A stretch of 64,000 bases of DNA, from positions 171,866,001-171,930,000 of the forward strand of contig NC_086097.1 of NCBI RefSeq assembly GCF_963921235.1. The letters run 5' to 3'. The stretch's first letter is position 1; every line of letters begins with the position of its first letter. Under the pieces are notes generated by a model that saw only the letters and a list, made by a program, of their open reading frames with translations, made no database searches and was not told the DNA's origin. Source of the DNA: Mobula hypostoma. Taxonomy: Eukaryota. The position numbers were made by a program, and so were the translations under genes. This document shows, in pieces, positions 11,665-23,166 of the stretch.

Positions 11665-13570
11665 GCTCCTGACATGGCCTCCACTACATTGGTGAGACCA
11701 AGTGCAGACTGGGCAACTTCTTTGCTGACCACCTGCACTCAGTCCACCGTGATTTTCTGGAGCTAATGATGGCCAGCCATTTATTTCTCCTCCCCATTCC
11801 CACATCAACCTGTCTGTCTTCGGCCTCCTCCGCTGCCCAGGTGAAGCTAGAGATATTCTGTCTGGGTAGCCTGCAAACTGATAGCATGAGCACTGAATTC
11901 TCCAGTTCAGATAAAGTGCTCCCCCTCTGAACCCTTTCTCTCTCCTCCTGATCAACTAGTTCCCCTGAACCCACACTAAACTCCAACAATCGTTTCCCCC
12001 TTTCCATCCACACCATTTGTCTGTCACCCACACAATCCTCCCATTTAGTCCTCTCTGAACCCACCCCCCCACCTGTTCTAATCTGTCCTCCTCATCTGCC
12101 TTATATGGTTCCATGCTCCATCACCTTTCCCTGTCAGGTTCCACTTATCTCCTCCCAGCAAAGGGTGGTTGTAGATGGTTCGTATTCTGCATGGAGGTCG
12201 GTGACCAGTGGTGTTCCACAGGGATCTGTTCTGGGACCCCTTCTCAGCGTGATTTTTATGAATGACCTGGATCAGGAAGTAGAGGAGTGGTTTAGTAGGT
12301 TTGCTGATGACACAAAAGTTGGGGGTGTTGTGGTTAGTCTAGAGGGTTGTCAGAGTTTACAATGAGACATTGATAGGATGCAGAACTGGGCGGAGAAGTG
12401 GCAGATGGAGTTCAACCTAGGTAAGTGTGAAATGGTTCACTTTGGTAGGTCAAATTTGAAGACAGAATATAATAAAAATGGTCAGACTCTTGGCAGTGTG
12501 GAGGATCAGAGAGATCTTGGGGCCCATATCCATAGGACACTCAAAGCTGCAACGCAGGATGACAGTGTTGTTAAGAAGGCATATGGTGTGTTGATCTTCA
12601 TCAACTTTGGGAATGAGCTCAAGAGCCGCGAGTTAATGTTACAGCTACATAAGACCTCAGTTAGACTGCACTTGGAGTACTGTGTTCAGTTCTGGTGGCC
12701 TCACTACAGGAAGGATGTGGATACTATAGACAGAGTGTAGAGGAGATTTACAAGGATGTTGCCTGGATTGAAGAGTGTGCCTTATGAGAATAGGTTCAGT
12801 GTACTTGGCCTCTTCTCCTTGCAAAGACAGAGGATAAGAGATGACCTGATAGAGGTGTATAAGATGATGAGAGGCATTGATCGTGTGGCTAGCCAGAGGC
12901 TTTTTCCCAGGGTTGAAATGCCTAACATGAGGGGGCATAGTTTCAATGTGCTTGGAAGAAGGTACAGAAGTGATGTCAGAGGTAAGTTTTCATACACAGA
13001 CTGGTGGGTGCATGCAATACACTGCCAGCGATGGTGGTAGAGGTGGATACAATAGGGTCTTTTAAGAGACTTGTAGATAGGTACGTGGATAGCTTAGAGA
13101 AATAGAGAGCTTTGCGATAAGGAAATTCTAGGCAGTTTCTAGAGTAAGTTACATGGTTGGCACAACATTGTGGGCCAAAGGGTCTGCAATGTGCTTTTAT
13201 GTTCTATGTTCTATCTGTCGGCAATTCCTCACTTCCCCTGATCACCAGACTCAATCTGCTAATTAACAGTTCTTCACTTGGATCCACCTATCACCCCTTG
13301 CTCCAATCCTTCCTCTCACATCTTTATAGTGGAAGAAGTATCCTGATGAAGGGTCTCGGTCTGAACTTCAACTGTTTATTCATTTCCACAGATGCTGCCT
13401 GACCTGGTGAGTTCCACCAGCATTTTGTACGTGTTGCTCTTTATACCCACGACCTTCCCTCTATCTTTCAGTCCAGATGAAGGGTTCAAACTGAACTGTG
13501 AACTATCCTCTTCACGTCACAGATGCTGCATCTTGCGCATTGCGCCAGATTCCAGATCTGCTGTCTTTTG
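11665..13570 (+). mobile_element. Degenerate PLE 3' fragment split by the CR1 at 12158-13215
   Basis: GIY-YIG remnant (YIGETKCRLGNFFADHL) and a CT-rich tail. The tail resumes after the CR1, with CCTGATGAAGGGTCTCGG at 13341. Confidence 0.7.
12158..13215 (+). mobile_element. CR1 3' fragment (family B)
   Basis: [17 protein letters not shown] and LEYCVQFW motifs with in-frame stops. TTCTATG tail. Confidence 0.9.
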
Positions 13571-14009
13571 CGTCAACACGTTTGTACACAGTAATGTATA
13601 CTGGTTAAAATAGGAAGGTGGTTGGGATGCAGAAATAATATTTAAGTGCCTAAGACTTTTGCACAGAAGAAGCATAGAAATCTACAGCACATTACAGGCC
13701 CTTCGGCCCACAACATTGTGCGAACCACGTAACCTACTCTAGAAACTGCCTAGAATTTCCCTACCGCATACGTCAGTTTTTTTACTGCATGTGTCAGGCA
13801 TAATCCTATGACTGAGGGCTTCATATCATTTATGACTCGTGAAGGGCAACACTTTCGGAAATATTTTGCTGCCATCTCAACTAAAAGTCATAATCCTGCA
13901 AATGGAACAATTTAGACAGATCCTTTCATGCCTTTGAACATACTACATTAACCTATCTTTGTGTGGGCCATCTGTAATATCAAAAAGGTTACAAGAAGTT
14001 AGTATATGG

Positions 14010-15790
14010 TAAGTTGATTTATTACCGTCAGATGTACCAAGGTTCAGTGAAAAACTTCATTTTGCATGCCATCCATGTAGACCATTTCATTAAATCAGTG
14101 CATTGAGGTAGTACAATACAAAAAGGGAAAACAATAATAGAATGCAGATCAGCACATAATAGTTTCAGAGAAAGTGCAGTGCAGGCAGATAATGAGGTGC
14201 AAGACCACGAGATAGATTATGAGGTCAGAATGTGCTGAGGTGTGTCCACAACTTTCAGCAGTTTCTTGCAGTTTTGGGCAGAGAAGTTGCCATGATGCAT
14301 TTGGCTAGAATGTTTTTTATGGTGCATTGATGAATATTGGTGACATGCCAAATTTCCTTAGCCTCCTGAGGAAGTAGAGGCATTGATGAGCTTTCTTAGC
14401 CACAACATCCATGTGCTGGACCAGGCCAGATTATTGGTGATGTCCACTCCTAGGAACCTGAAGCTCTCAACTTTCTCGACCTCAGCTCTGTTGATGTAAG
14501 CAGGAGCATGTGCATCACCCCACCTCCTGAAGTCTTTAGCCAAATCTTTTGTTTTTCTAACAATGAGGGACACCATGACACCATGCAACTGATAGCTATA
14601 TATATATATAAAATATCTCTCTCTCTCTCTCTCTTTTCTTCCAGTACTCAACTGGGCTGAGAAGTGGCAGATGGAATTCAACCTGGAGAAGTTTGAGGTG
14701 GTACACTTTGGAAGGACAAACTCCAAGGCAGAGTACAAAGTAAATGGCAGGATACTTGGTAGTGTGGAAGAGCAGAGGGATCTAGGGGTACATGTCCACA
14801 GATCCCTGAAAGTTGCCTCACAGGTAGATAGGGTAGATAACAAAGCTTATGGGGTGTTAGCTTTCATAAGTCGAGGGATAGAGTTTAAGAGTCACAGGGT
14901 AATGATGCAGCTCTATAAAACTCTGGTTAGGCCACACTTGGAGTACTGTGTCCAGTTCTGGTCGCCTCACTATAGGAAGGATGTGGAAGCATTGGAAAGG
15001 GTACAGAGGAGACTTACCAGGATGCTGCCTGGTTTAGAGAGTATGGATTATGATCAGAGATTAAGGGAGCTAGGGCTTTACTCTTTGAAGAGAAGGAGGA
15101 TGAAAGGAGACATGATAGAGGTATACAAGGTATTAAGAGGAATAGATAGAGTGGACAGCCCGGGCCTCTTCCCCAGGGCACCACTGCTCAATACAAGAGG
15201 ACATGGCTTTAAGGTAAGGGGTGGGAAGTTCAAGGGGGATATTAGAGGAAGGTTTTTTACTCAGAGAGTAGTTGGTGCGTGGAATACACTGCCTGAGTCA
15301 GTGGTGGAGACAGATACACTAGTGAAATTTAAGAGACTACTAGACAGGTATATGGAGGAATTTAAGGTGGGGGGGTTATATGGGAGGCAGGGTTTGATGG
15401 TTGGCACATAACATTGTGGGCCGAAGGGCCTGTACTGTACTGTACTATTCTATGTTCTATGTACTCCAATTAACTGTTATTTGGGATTTGCACATTATGG
15501 TGACATCTACAAACCTGCAGATGGAATTTGAGCAGAATCTGGCTACACAGCCACACAGCACAGAGTAGAGTAGGTAGCTGAGGATGCAACCTTATGGGGC
15601 ACATGTGTTGGGATAATCGTGGCAGAGGTGTTGTGGTCTGTTGGTCAGGAAGTCAAGGATCCCAGGGAAATATTCACTTCGAAGTCTAAGCGTTTGGAGG
15701 TTTATCTGCAAGGAATTATATATTAAGGGAAGCTATAGTCAACAAACAATAGTCTATTGCCAGTGCCTTTACTGACGCTCCAGAGATAAA
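14010..15790 (-). mobile_element. Degenerate Rex1/Babar-like LINE interrupted by a microsatellite and a CR1
   Basis: KTKDLAKDFRR...VESFRFLGVDITNNLAWS in ORF 14358-14843. RT remnants resume at about 15470-15780. Confidence 0.7.
14645..15462 (+). mobile_element. 5'-truncated CR1 with an open RT C-terminal region
   Basis: 246-aa ORF 14671-15411 (WQMEFN...RPHLEYCVQFWSPH...FFTQRVV). TTCTATG tail. Preceded by (TA)n(TC)n at 14598-14633. Confidence 0.9.
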
Positions 15791-15826
15791 TGTAAGTCCA
15801 AGGAGACACAATGCTAACCTAATCAC

Positions 15827-16030
15827 AAACAAGAGAGAATCCACAGATGCTGGAAATCCAAGCAACACACATAAAATTCTTGAGGAAGTCAGCAGGCCAG
15901 GCAGCACCAATGGAAAAGAGTACAGCTGATGTTTCAGGCCAGTACACTTCTTCAGTCCTGATGAAGGGTCTCAGCGGATATTCCGACTATACTCTTTTCC
16001 ATAGATGCTACCTGGCCTGCTGAGGTCCTC
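15827..16030. mobile_element. Palindromic PLE-tail element (inverted pseudo-LTR pair)
   Basis: CAGCAGGCCAGGCAGCACCAATGGAAAAGAGTA is mirrored by TACTCTTTTCCATAGATGCTACCTGGCCTGCTG. The centre is CTTCTTCAGTCCTGATGAAG. Confidence 0.75.
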
Positions 16031-17748
16031 CAGCATTTTGTGGGGGTTGTCGATGGTAGCCTGCTCAATGGTAGATGAATTGCAGTTGGTCATGGTTATC
16101 TGATGCATGCAATTACCAGTCTCACAAAGTACTTCATGATGATAAATGCTAGAGCCATTGGTTGGTAATCGTTAAGGCACCTCACTTTATTTTCTTAGCT
16201 TTCAGGATTTTTAATGTTCAAAGTACTGAACATTATTCAGTAATTGGTATAATATAGTACTATTGCATACACTGTTAATTCACTAAAACTTATGTGAATC
16301 TTTGTGTTTATGTGTAATGAACAATGTAAAATCCACACTCTTAAATTATGATGGATAATGTACCAAAGATGTGTTAAAATATTGTGATTAAAGGCACTTG
16401 CTACAGTGATTTGTCAAATGTTATTTGTACTTATCATGTGACTAAAAGTTGCTTTTACACAAAGACTGTGAATTTCCACTGATTCAGTGGACTTCTCCTT
16501 TTGACTGGGACAATGAGTCTGCCAAAGGGCAATGACAGGGAGAGTTTTCTTTAAGTGTTCTGTTTCTGATGTCCTGACAGCAGAAAGGAGGTGAGATCAC
16601 TGTTTTGTTTCCTGGACTGATTGTGTGAACTTATACTCCAGATTCAATTGTGTGCAGGGTCAGGGGCTGTTGTGTCCATTGTTCTTATGAGTTACCAACA
16701 ACAGAAATAAAAACTGCATTTATTCATTTGAGTGCAAATTTTTTTTTGTTTTCTTTTGTTACTGGTCACTTATATGTGACAACTAAAACAATTTCTCAGT
16801 CCTATTGATTGGATCTGGTTGTATTCAGCCAGAATTTTACAACACATTATACGTTTTCTGAAAGCCTTAATTATTCTTCCTGCATCATGATAGAACCACT
16901 AATCAGATTATATATGTCAAAATCATAGCCCTTCATTATCAGAAACCATTGAACCGCTGAAACACTCTGTTAACTTCTGTATTTTGTATTCAGTATTTTT
17001 TCTCAATGGCAGGTCAATTTAATGAACTGAGATTGGTTTCTTCAGATGCCAATGGGGATCTTGGGCAGGGTGGGGGCTTGAACTAATGACATTGGTCAAA
17101 GGTCTGGAATTCTAACTGCTGGTCCAATGGTTTAACCACAGTGAAACATCTCCCAGCAGTGGATCATTTGCTTCCAGCAGAACTTCAGTTAATGAGTGTG
17201 TGATATGCGTCAGAGCTTACTTCTGAGGTAAAATTGTCTTGTCTTTCTCCCTTGCTGTACAACCATTGCCTACCCATTTCCCAGATTTTCTTCCAGCTCA
17301 ATAATATCACTGGCCCTGTAAAACAACTGGCCCCTTTAAATGGTATGTGAATAATTCAGCATTGTTAGATATTGCCTGTCTTCAAACCTTGCTTATGCTC
17401 AACACCCTGTTGTCGTTCTTTGCCAACCAGAGTGTTACTGTGGGACTCAATATCAAGCATCTTCAGACGCTTGAAATATAATATGCATTAAAGACAGAAA
17501 ATACGGGAAACATTCAGAAGGCCAAGCAGAGCATCCAAGGAAACTTTACTTCTCAAGCACTTTTTATATTGGAAAAATTTTAAACTGATTTCATTGTATC
17601 TTCTGTGGGAAAGATGTTAATAAATGACAAAGAGTGCAGAAAGACATTTCAAAAAATTTGAGGGACAGAATTAAAGGAAAGGTTATAGGACTGTTTTCCT
17701 TGGAGCACAGGGGTTTGAAGTGTGACGTCATAGAGGTGTATAACAATA

Positions 17749-17965
17749 GGGGTGGCATAGTAGTGTAGCAATTAATGTAATGCTATTACAACACCCGCGA
17801 CCTGGGTTCAATTCCCTGCACTATCGCAAAGAGTTTGTACATTCTCCCGTAACCCTGTGGGTTTTCCCTGGCTGCTTCAGTCTCCTCCCACATTCCAAAG
17901 CCGTAGGGGGGTGTACTTGGGTGGTGAGGGACTGTTGGGCCAGAATTGCCTGTCATCATGCTGTT
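17749..17965 (+). mobile_element. V-SINE whose tail (about 18307-18327) is displaced by a CR1
   Basis: A-box-like TAGTGTAGCAA, B-box GGGTTCAATTCCC and V-domain GGGTTTTCCCTGGCTGCTTCAG. Confidence 0.7.
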
Positions 17966-18306
17966 TGAGGCATTGATCACGTGGATAGTCAGAGGCTTTT
18001 TCCCAGGGCTGAAATGGTTAGCACGGGAGAGCACATTTTTAAGGTGCTTGGAAGTAGGTACAGACGAGATGTCAGGGGTAGGTTTTTTACGCAGAGAGTG
18101 GTGAGTGTATGGAATGGGCTGCCTGCGATGGTGGTGGAGGTGGATATAATAGGGTCTTTTAAGAGACTCCTGGATAGGTACATAGAGCTCAGAAAAATAG
18201 AGGGCTATGGGTAACCCCAGGTAATTTCTCTGGTAAGGACATATTCGGCACAGCTTTGTGGGCCGAAGGGCCTGTATTGTGCTGTATGTTTTCTATGTTT
18301 CTATGT
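17966..18306 (+). mobile_element. Short CR1 3' end (family B)
   Basis: DSQRLFPRAEM...FFTQRVV followed by (TTTCTATG)n. It sits inside an older CR1 (about 17690-17748 and 19070-19400). Confidence 0.85.
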
Positions 18307-18327
18307 ATCACTAAATAAATAAATAGA

Positions 18328-19071
18328 CTTGTTACATACACCTGTTAGGGTGCATTCTCTAGTTACCTTATAAGGTAACCGCAGCCTTCAGCCAGAAGCA
18401 GATATCATCAGGTGGTTCCCAACCTTCACCGAGTGTTTCGACCCTTAACCACAACACTCTCCAGTTCGTGGGCCAGCAGTGGTGGCCAAATCACTGCCCA
18501 TTTGCTCCTGGCTTCCAGCTTCCCTCCTCTTGCCTACTCCAAATCCAACAAGAGGCTCGTTCTGCCTCTTCCCCCATCCTACGGGCTGCTTGTTTTTTGC
18601 TCCTTTCGTCCAGGCCCAGATCTGACAATAACCGCCATGCTGATTTGGCTGGGAAACCTCTGCAGCCGATCTCCACAGGGAACAACCATGCCTGCCATCC
18701 CTTGTCTTTACACTCCTGCACTAAGAGCTGGTACTCAAGGCCTTTCTCTTGTGGGCCTCTTCCCATCCCTCTTCCCACGGCACAGTCAGTTTAACCAGAA
18801 TTATTTTCTTGTCTTCGGTTGACCACAGTACAATGTCCGGGCGTAGGGTTGTGTGCACCATATCCGGGAACTGCAACCTCCTTCCCACTTCGACCCTCAT
18901 CTCCCAGGACCTGGCTATTAGCAGCAGATTGGGCTTTGGTTGTTTGGTTACGAAAGGCCTGGCTCCCTCTTTGACGAAGGTGATGGCCTTCCTCAAATCT
19001 GTGCCAGCCGTCCTCTTCTTGCATCTCTCCCTCTCTAGTGTGTCAGCAAGAGCGAGAAGCACTTTATCATG
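18328..19071 (-). mobile_element. HERO-like (R2-group) non-LTR retrotransposon 3' fragment with a restriction-like endonuclease
   Basis: Two frameshifted ORFs (18721-19095 and 18491-18778) join to HDKVL...LRPDIVLWS..KKIILVKLTVPWEEG..EAHKRK..Y...GWQAWLFPVEIGCRGF...AERASCWIW. This is the RHD/PD..ExTVPWE/K..KY RLE motif series typical of HERO. Confidence 0.85.
18399..18459 (-). ncRNA. Candidate non-circularly permuted hammerhead ribozyme in the HERO-like 3' UTR
   Basis: Minus strand reads GAGTGT-T-GTGGTT-AA-GGGTC-GAAACACTC-13 nt-AACCAC-CTGATGA-TATCT. Stems III and I are perfect 6-bp helices abutting the core motifs. Confidence 0.55.
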
Positions 19072-19564
19072 AGGGGCAGAGTTTGGTGAATGCACTCAGT
19101 CTTTTTCCCAAGGTACGTGAATCACGAATTAGAGAGCATAAGTTTAAGGTGAGAAGGGAAAGATTTAATAGAAAGTTGTGTTTTTTTTAAACACGAAGTG
19201 TGGTATGTATGAGGAAAGAGCTGCCAGAAGAAGTGGTTGGGGCAAGTACAATAGCAACTTTTAAAAAAAATAATTAGATAGGAACATGGATAGGAAAAAT
19301 TTGAGGGATATTGACAAAATGTGGGCAATTGGACTAGCTTAAGTGGGCATATTGACTGATAGAGATCAGATGGGCCGAAGGGTCTTTTCTGTGTCATGTG
19401 ACTGTTTGACTTTTATTTGAACTGGGACAAGCATGTTTTGAGTTGCAAATGACAGGGAGGGTGGGGAAAGTGAAGGGCAGAGAAAGGGAACAAAGGGAAA
19501 AAGGAACAGAATTAGGCATTTGGCCCATCGAGTCTGCTCTGCCCTTTGACCATGATTGATTAAT

Positions 19565-19800
19565 TCGGGGTGGCGCAGTAATGTGGCAGTAGTAGTAGTG
19601 ACCCGGGTTCAATTCAGACCGCTGTCTGTAAGGAGTTTGTATATTCTCCCTGTGACCATGTGGGTTTCCTCTTGTTGCTCTCGTTCCTTCCCACCCGTGG
19701 ATTAGTAGGATAATTAACCACAGAGGTGTAACTAGCTGATACGGGGTTCATTGGGCCAGAAGGGCTCATTACCATACTGTATTTCTAAATAAAAGTAAAT
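19565..19800 (+). mobile_element. V-SINE
   Basis: B-box GGGTTCAATTC, then GCTGTCTGTAAGGAGTTTGT and GTGGGTTTCCTC. Tail CTGTATTTCTAAATAAAA. Confidence 0.7.
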
Positions 19801-20639
19801 CAACATCAGAATCGGGTTTAATATTACCAGCATATGAAATTTGAAATTTGGTGCTTTGTGGCAGCAGTACAGCGCAATATGTAATAAAACTATACAATAC
19901 AATAAGTATATATTTTTTTTTAAATAAGCAGTGCAAAAATAAAGGGAAAAAAAAGTGAGGTAGGGTTCATGGGTTCATTGTCCATTCAGAAATTTGATGG
20001 CGGAGGGGAAGAAGCTGTTCCTGAGACATTGAGTGTGTGTCTTCAGGTTCCTGTACCTCCTCCTTGATGGTAGCAATGAGAAGAGGGTGTGTCCTGGGTG
20101 ATGGGGGTCCTCAGTGATAGATTTCTAAGGTGTCCTCTAGGTGCGCTGGTTTCCTCCCACATTTCTCAGTCATGCAGGTTCGTAGGTTAATTTGTCACAT
20201 GGGTGTAACTGGGCAGTGTGAGCTCATAGGGGTGTAAGGGCCTGTTGCGGAGATATATTTCCAAAATAAATAATTCCTTGTTTTTGTTTGACTTTGAAAT
20301 CAGCTGAAATAGTGTTAATATTGATCGTCTCTCTACGTCTCTCTCTGTCTCTCCCTGAATCTCTCTCTGAGCTGGGCTGAGTACCTAAGAAGATGATTTC
20401 CCTCTGTTTGCACTTGTGAACTTCAGTGTTTGGGACCATCTTTTCCCTCTTTGCTGTTTACAACCATAACATTTTCCAGAGCCCTACAATGACTATAATC
20501 TAGGACAGGCTGTTCAGAGATTCAGACATGAAATTAAGACAAATATTGCAGATATTGGAAGTCTGATATTAAAGCAGAACATGTTGGAAACAGTCAGCAG
20601 GTCAGGCAGCTGTACTCCCTGTGGAGAGAGCAAGCTTAC

Positions 20640-21575
20640 AGATGACGTTACTGTAGCGGGCCTGATCTCAAATAATAATGAGATGACGGACAGGAAGGAG
20701 ACAGGGAACTCTAGTGGCATTGTATCATGACAAGAACCTTTCCCACAATGTCAGAAAAACAAGCAAGCTGGCCACTGACTTCAGGAAGCAGGGAGGAACC
20801 CATGCCCCTCTATCGGTGACGCTGAGGTGGAGATGATTGAGAGCTTCAAATTGCTAAGTGTAGACATTACCAATAGCCTGTCCTGTTCCAATCTCATAGA
20901 TACCAAGAAAGCTCACCAATGCCTCTGTTTCGGCAGAAGGATAAATACATTCAGCATGTTCCCATTGACCCTCATAATTTTTACAATGCACCATAGAAAA
21001 TATCACAACAGGGTATAGCTACTGATCTGTCTAAGACTACAAGAAATTGCAGAGTTGTGGACACAGCTGAGCTCATCACACAAACCAGTGACTCTGCTTA
21101 CACTTCTTACTGCCTTATGAAAGCAGTTAACATAATCAAAGAGCTTTCCCACCCCCATCATTCTTTCCTCTCCTGTTGGGGTGAAGATACAAAAGCTTGA
21201 CAGCAGGCATCACCAGACTTGTTGTTCCATTTGGCATGGCCGAGGAGGGGGCAGAAGCAAGTCTGTTCATTTGGGGGCCGGGGTTGGCATCAGGCTAAAG
21301 GGCAGTTTCTACCCTGCTGCTATAAAACTCTTGAATTGACCTCTTGTACGTTAGGGATGGACTCTTGACCTCACAATCTACCATACCATGTTCCTTATAT
21401 CCTATCGTCTACCTGAAAACATTTGTTCTGGAAGTTTAGCATTCTGTTGTTGTTTTTTCCTTGTACTACCTCAATGTCCTTATGCTTTCAATTGATCTGC
21501 ATGGATGCCAAACAAAACAAAGCTTCTCATTCCACCTCAGCTTACGTGATGATAATAAACCATATGTCAATACCA
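20640..21575 (+). mobile_element. Degenerate Rex1/Babar-like LINE 3' portion
   Basis: Remnants DDVTVAGLI, VEMIESFKLLSVDITNSL and KKAHQCL. Tail ending ATAATAAAC. Confidence 0.7.
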
Positions 21576-21938
21576 ACAGCATTAAAACTTTCAGGCCAAG
21601 AACTCTTCAGAGAATTTTTCTCAATGCATCTTTCTGTTAGGGCCAAACAATGTCAGAACTGTAGACTATCTTCGTTGCCAATTGCCATGGATACTGGTCT
21701 TTTCTGTGAGTGCTCATGACCTTGAATTGGAATAATGGCAACAGGACACCAGGGATTTGAAATAAGTGTGTGTAATTTACTCTTTTCTCACAGAACACCT
21801 CATTATTGGTACCTATATGCTGTGATGTCATTACCTCCTATACTCACATGACTTATTTACATATTATACATAAATGAATCATAATCACATTATTCTCTGT
21901 TTCTTAAATGTATTCTATTAGTTTCATTGAGGTGAGTT

Positions 21939-22330
21939 CCAAAGGTTTCAAAGGTTCAAATGTACATTTAATGTCAGAGAAATATATACAATATACACCT
22001 TGAAATGCTTTTTCTTCACAACCATCCACGAAAACAAAGGAGTGCCCCAAAGAATGAATGACAGTTAAATGTTAGAACCCCAAAGATCCCCCTGCTCCCC
22101 CCTCCCTTGCGTAAGTGGCAGCAACAATGCCCCCTCCCCCTACCAGCAAAAAAAAAGGTTGGCACCCGTCACCAAGCAGTCAAGCATGAGCAAGCAACGG
22201 TAAGGACATAGTCTTTCAGTTACCCCAAAGATTTCATGTTTCACCCAGTATTCGACATACCACAGGCTATCTCTCTCCCTAATAAGCGAGGAAGAGGTGT
22301 CTCCGTTTCTGTAGCAGAATACAATGCCTT
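21939..22330 (-). mobile_element. Non-coding element, reverse-complement copy of the family at about 56050-56560
   Basis: 21945-22100 is the near reverse complement of 56400-56560 (…TGACATTAAATGTAC(C)TTTGAAACCTTTG). Confidence 0.75.
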
Positions 22331-22358
22331 GACGATGCAGCTCTTTTATTATTACCAC

Positions 22359-23166
22359 TGTTACGTACTCCGTAACTGGGTTGCCAAACCAGCAGAAATG
22401 GACCACTTAGTTGGAGTCTGGATTACTGGAACTAAGAAAGTTTTATTAAAGAAATAAACAACACAGTACTCTAATCATAAGGATATAAATGCAACAGGTT
22501 AGCAATGATAAAACACACGTGTACACAGAACTAGGATAATAGGATCAATCAAGCTCTATCGCAGTCTAGGGGTAAAATGATCAGTCTCAAGTGACACAGA
22601 GTTCAGTTCAATTTCAGTTCACAGTAATCGCCATCGTGCCGTTGGGGAGAGAGAGAGAGCGAATGAATATGCAAATCGGATTCCAAACAGACCTTTGATA
22701 TTCGTCGCAGTTAGCTTTTGGGCGAGCCCTTTGGAATGTCTTCTGAGTTCACCGACTGTGACCCCTCCGCTCTAGATACGATCGTTCTTCTGCGGTGAAC
22801 CCGGCACCCAGGCAAGGGTGGATACACACACTGGGTTCCCGCCCAACTGCACCTTTCCACCCTGTGCGTCTATGGCTGGTCCAGTGACCAGACCTCCAAA
22901 ACTCCCACCAACTTGTGGGGGCACACCGCTTCCAGGGTCTCATTACCTCGTGGTGTCGTGTGTCTTGCCTTAGCGAATCTGTTCCTTTTATCCCCCTGCT
23001 GGGGTATCGCCTGTCCATCAAACTTCAAAGCAACCGGTCTCTGACAATACTCGGAACTGTGTCTCCTTTTGGTAATCTCTCTCATCTCTCTCTTATTAGC
23101 ATTTTGAATGTTCCCCATTGTCCTCTTATCGGCATCAATCTTCTGATAATTTGGTTTGTTGTCACA
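22359..23166 (-). mobile_element. Solo LTR (808 bp, probably Gypsy)
   Basis: Termini TGTTAC...GTCACA. 4-bp flanks CCAC/CTAC (one mismatch). AATAAA on the minus strand near 22445. No ORF. Confidence 0.65.

Noticed and set aside
17046..17227. AG...GT-bounded candidate exon
   Set aside because: Stops in all three frames, and part of it resembles a decayed antisense tRNA-SINE head.
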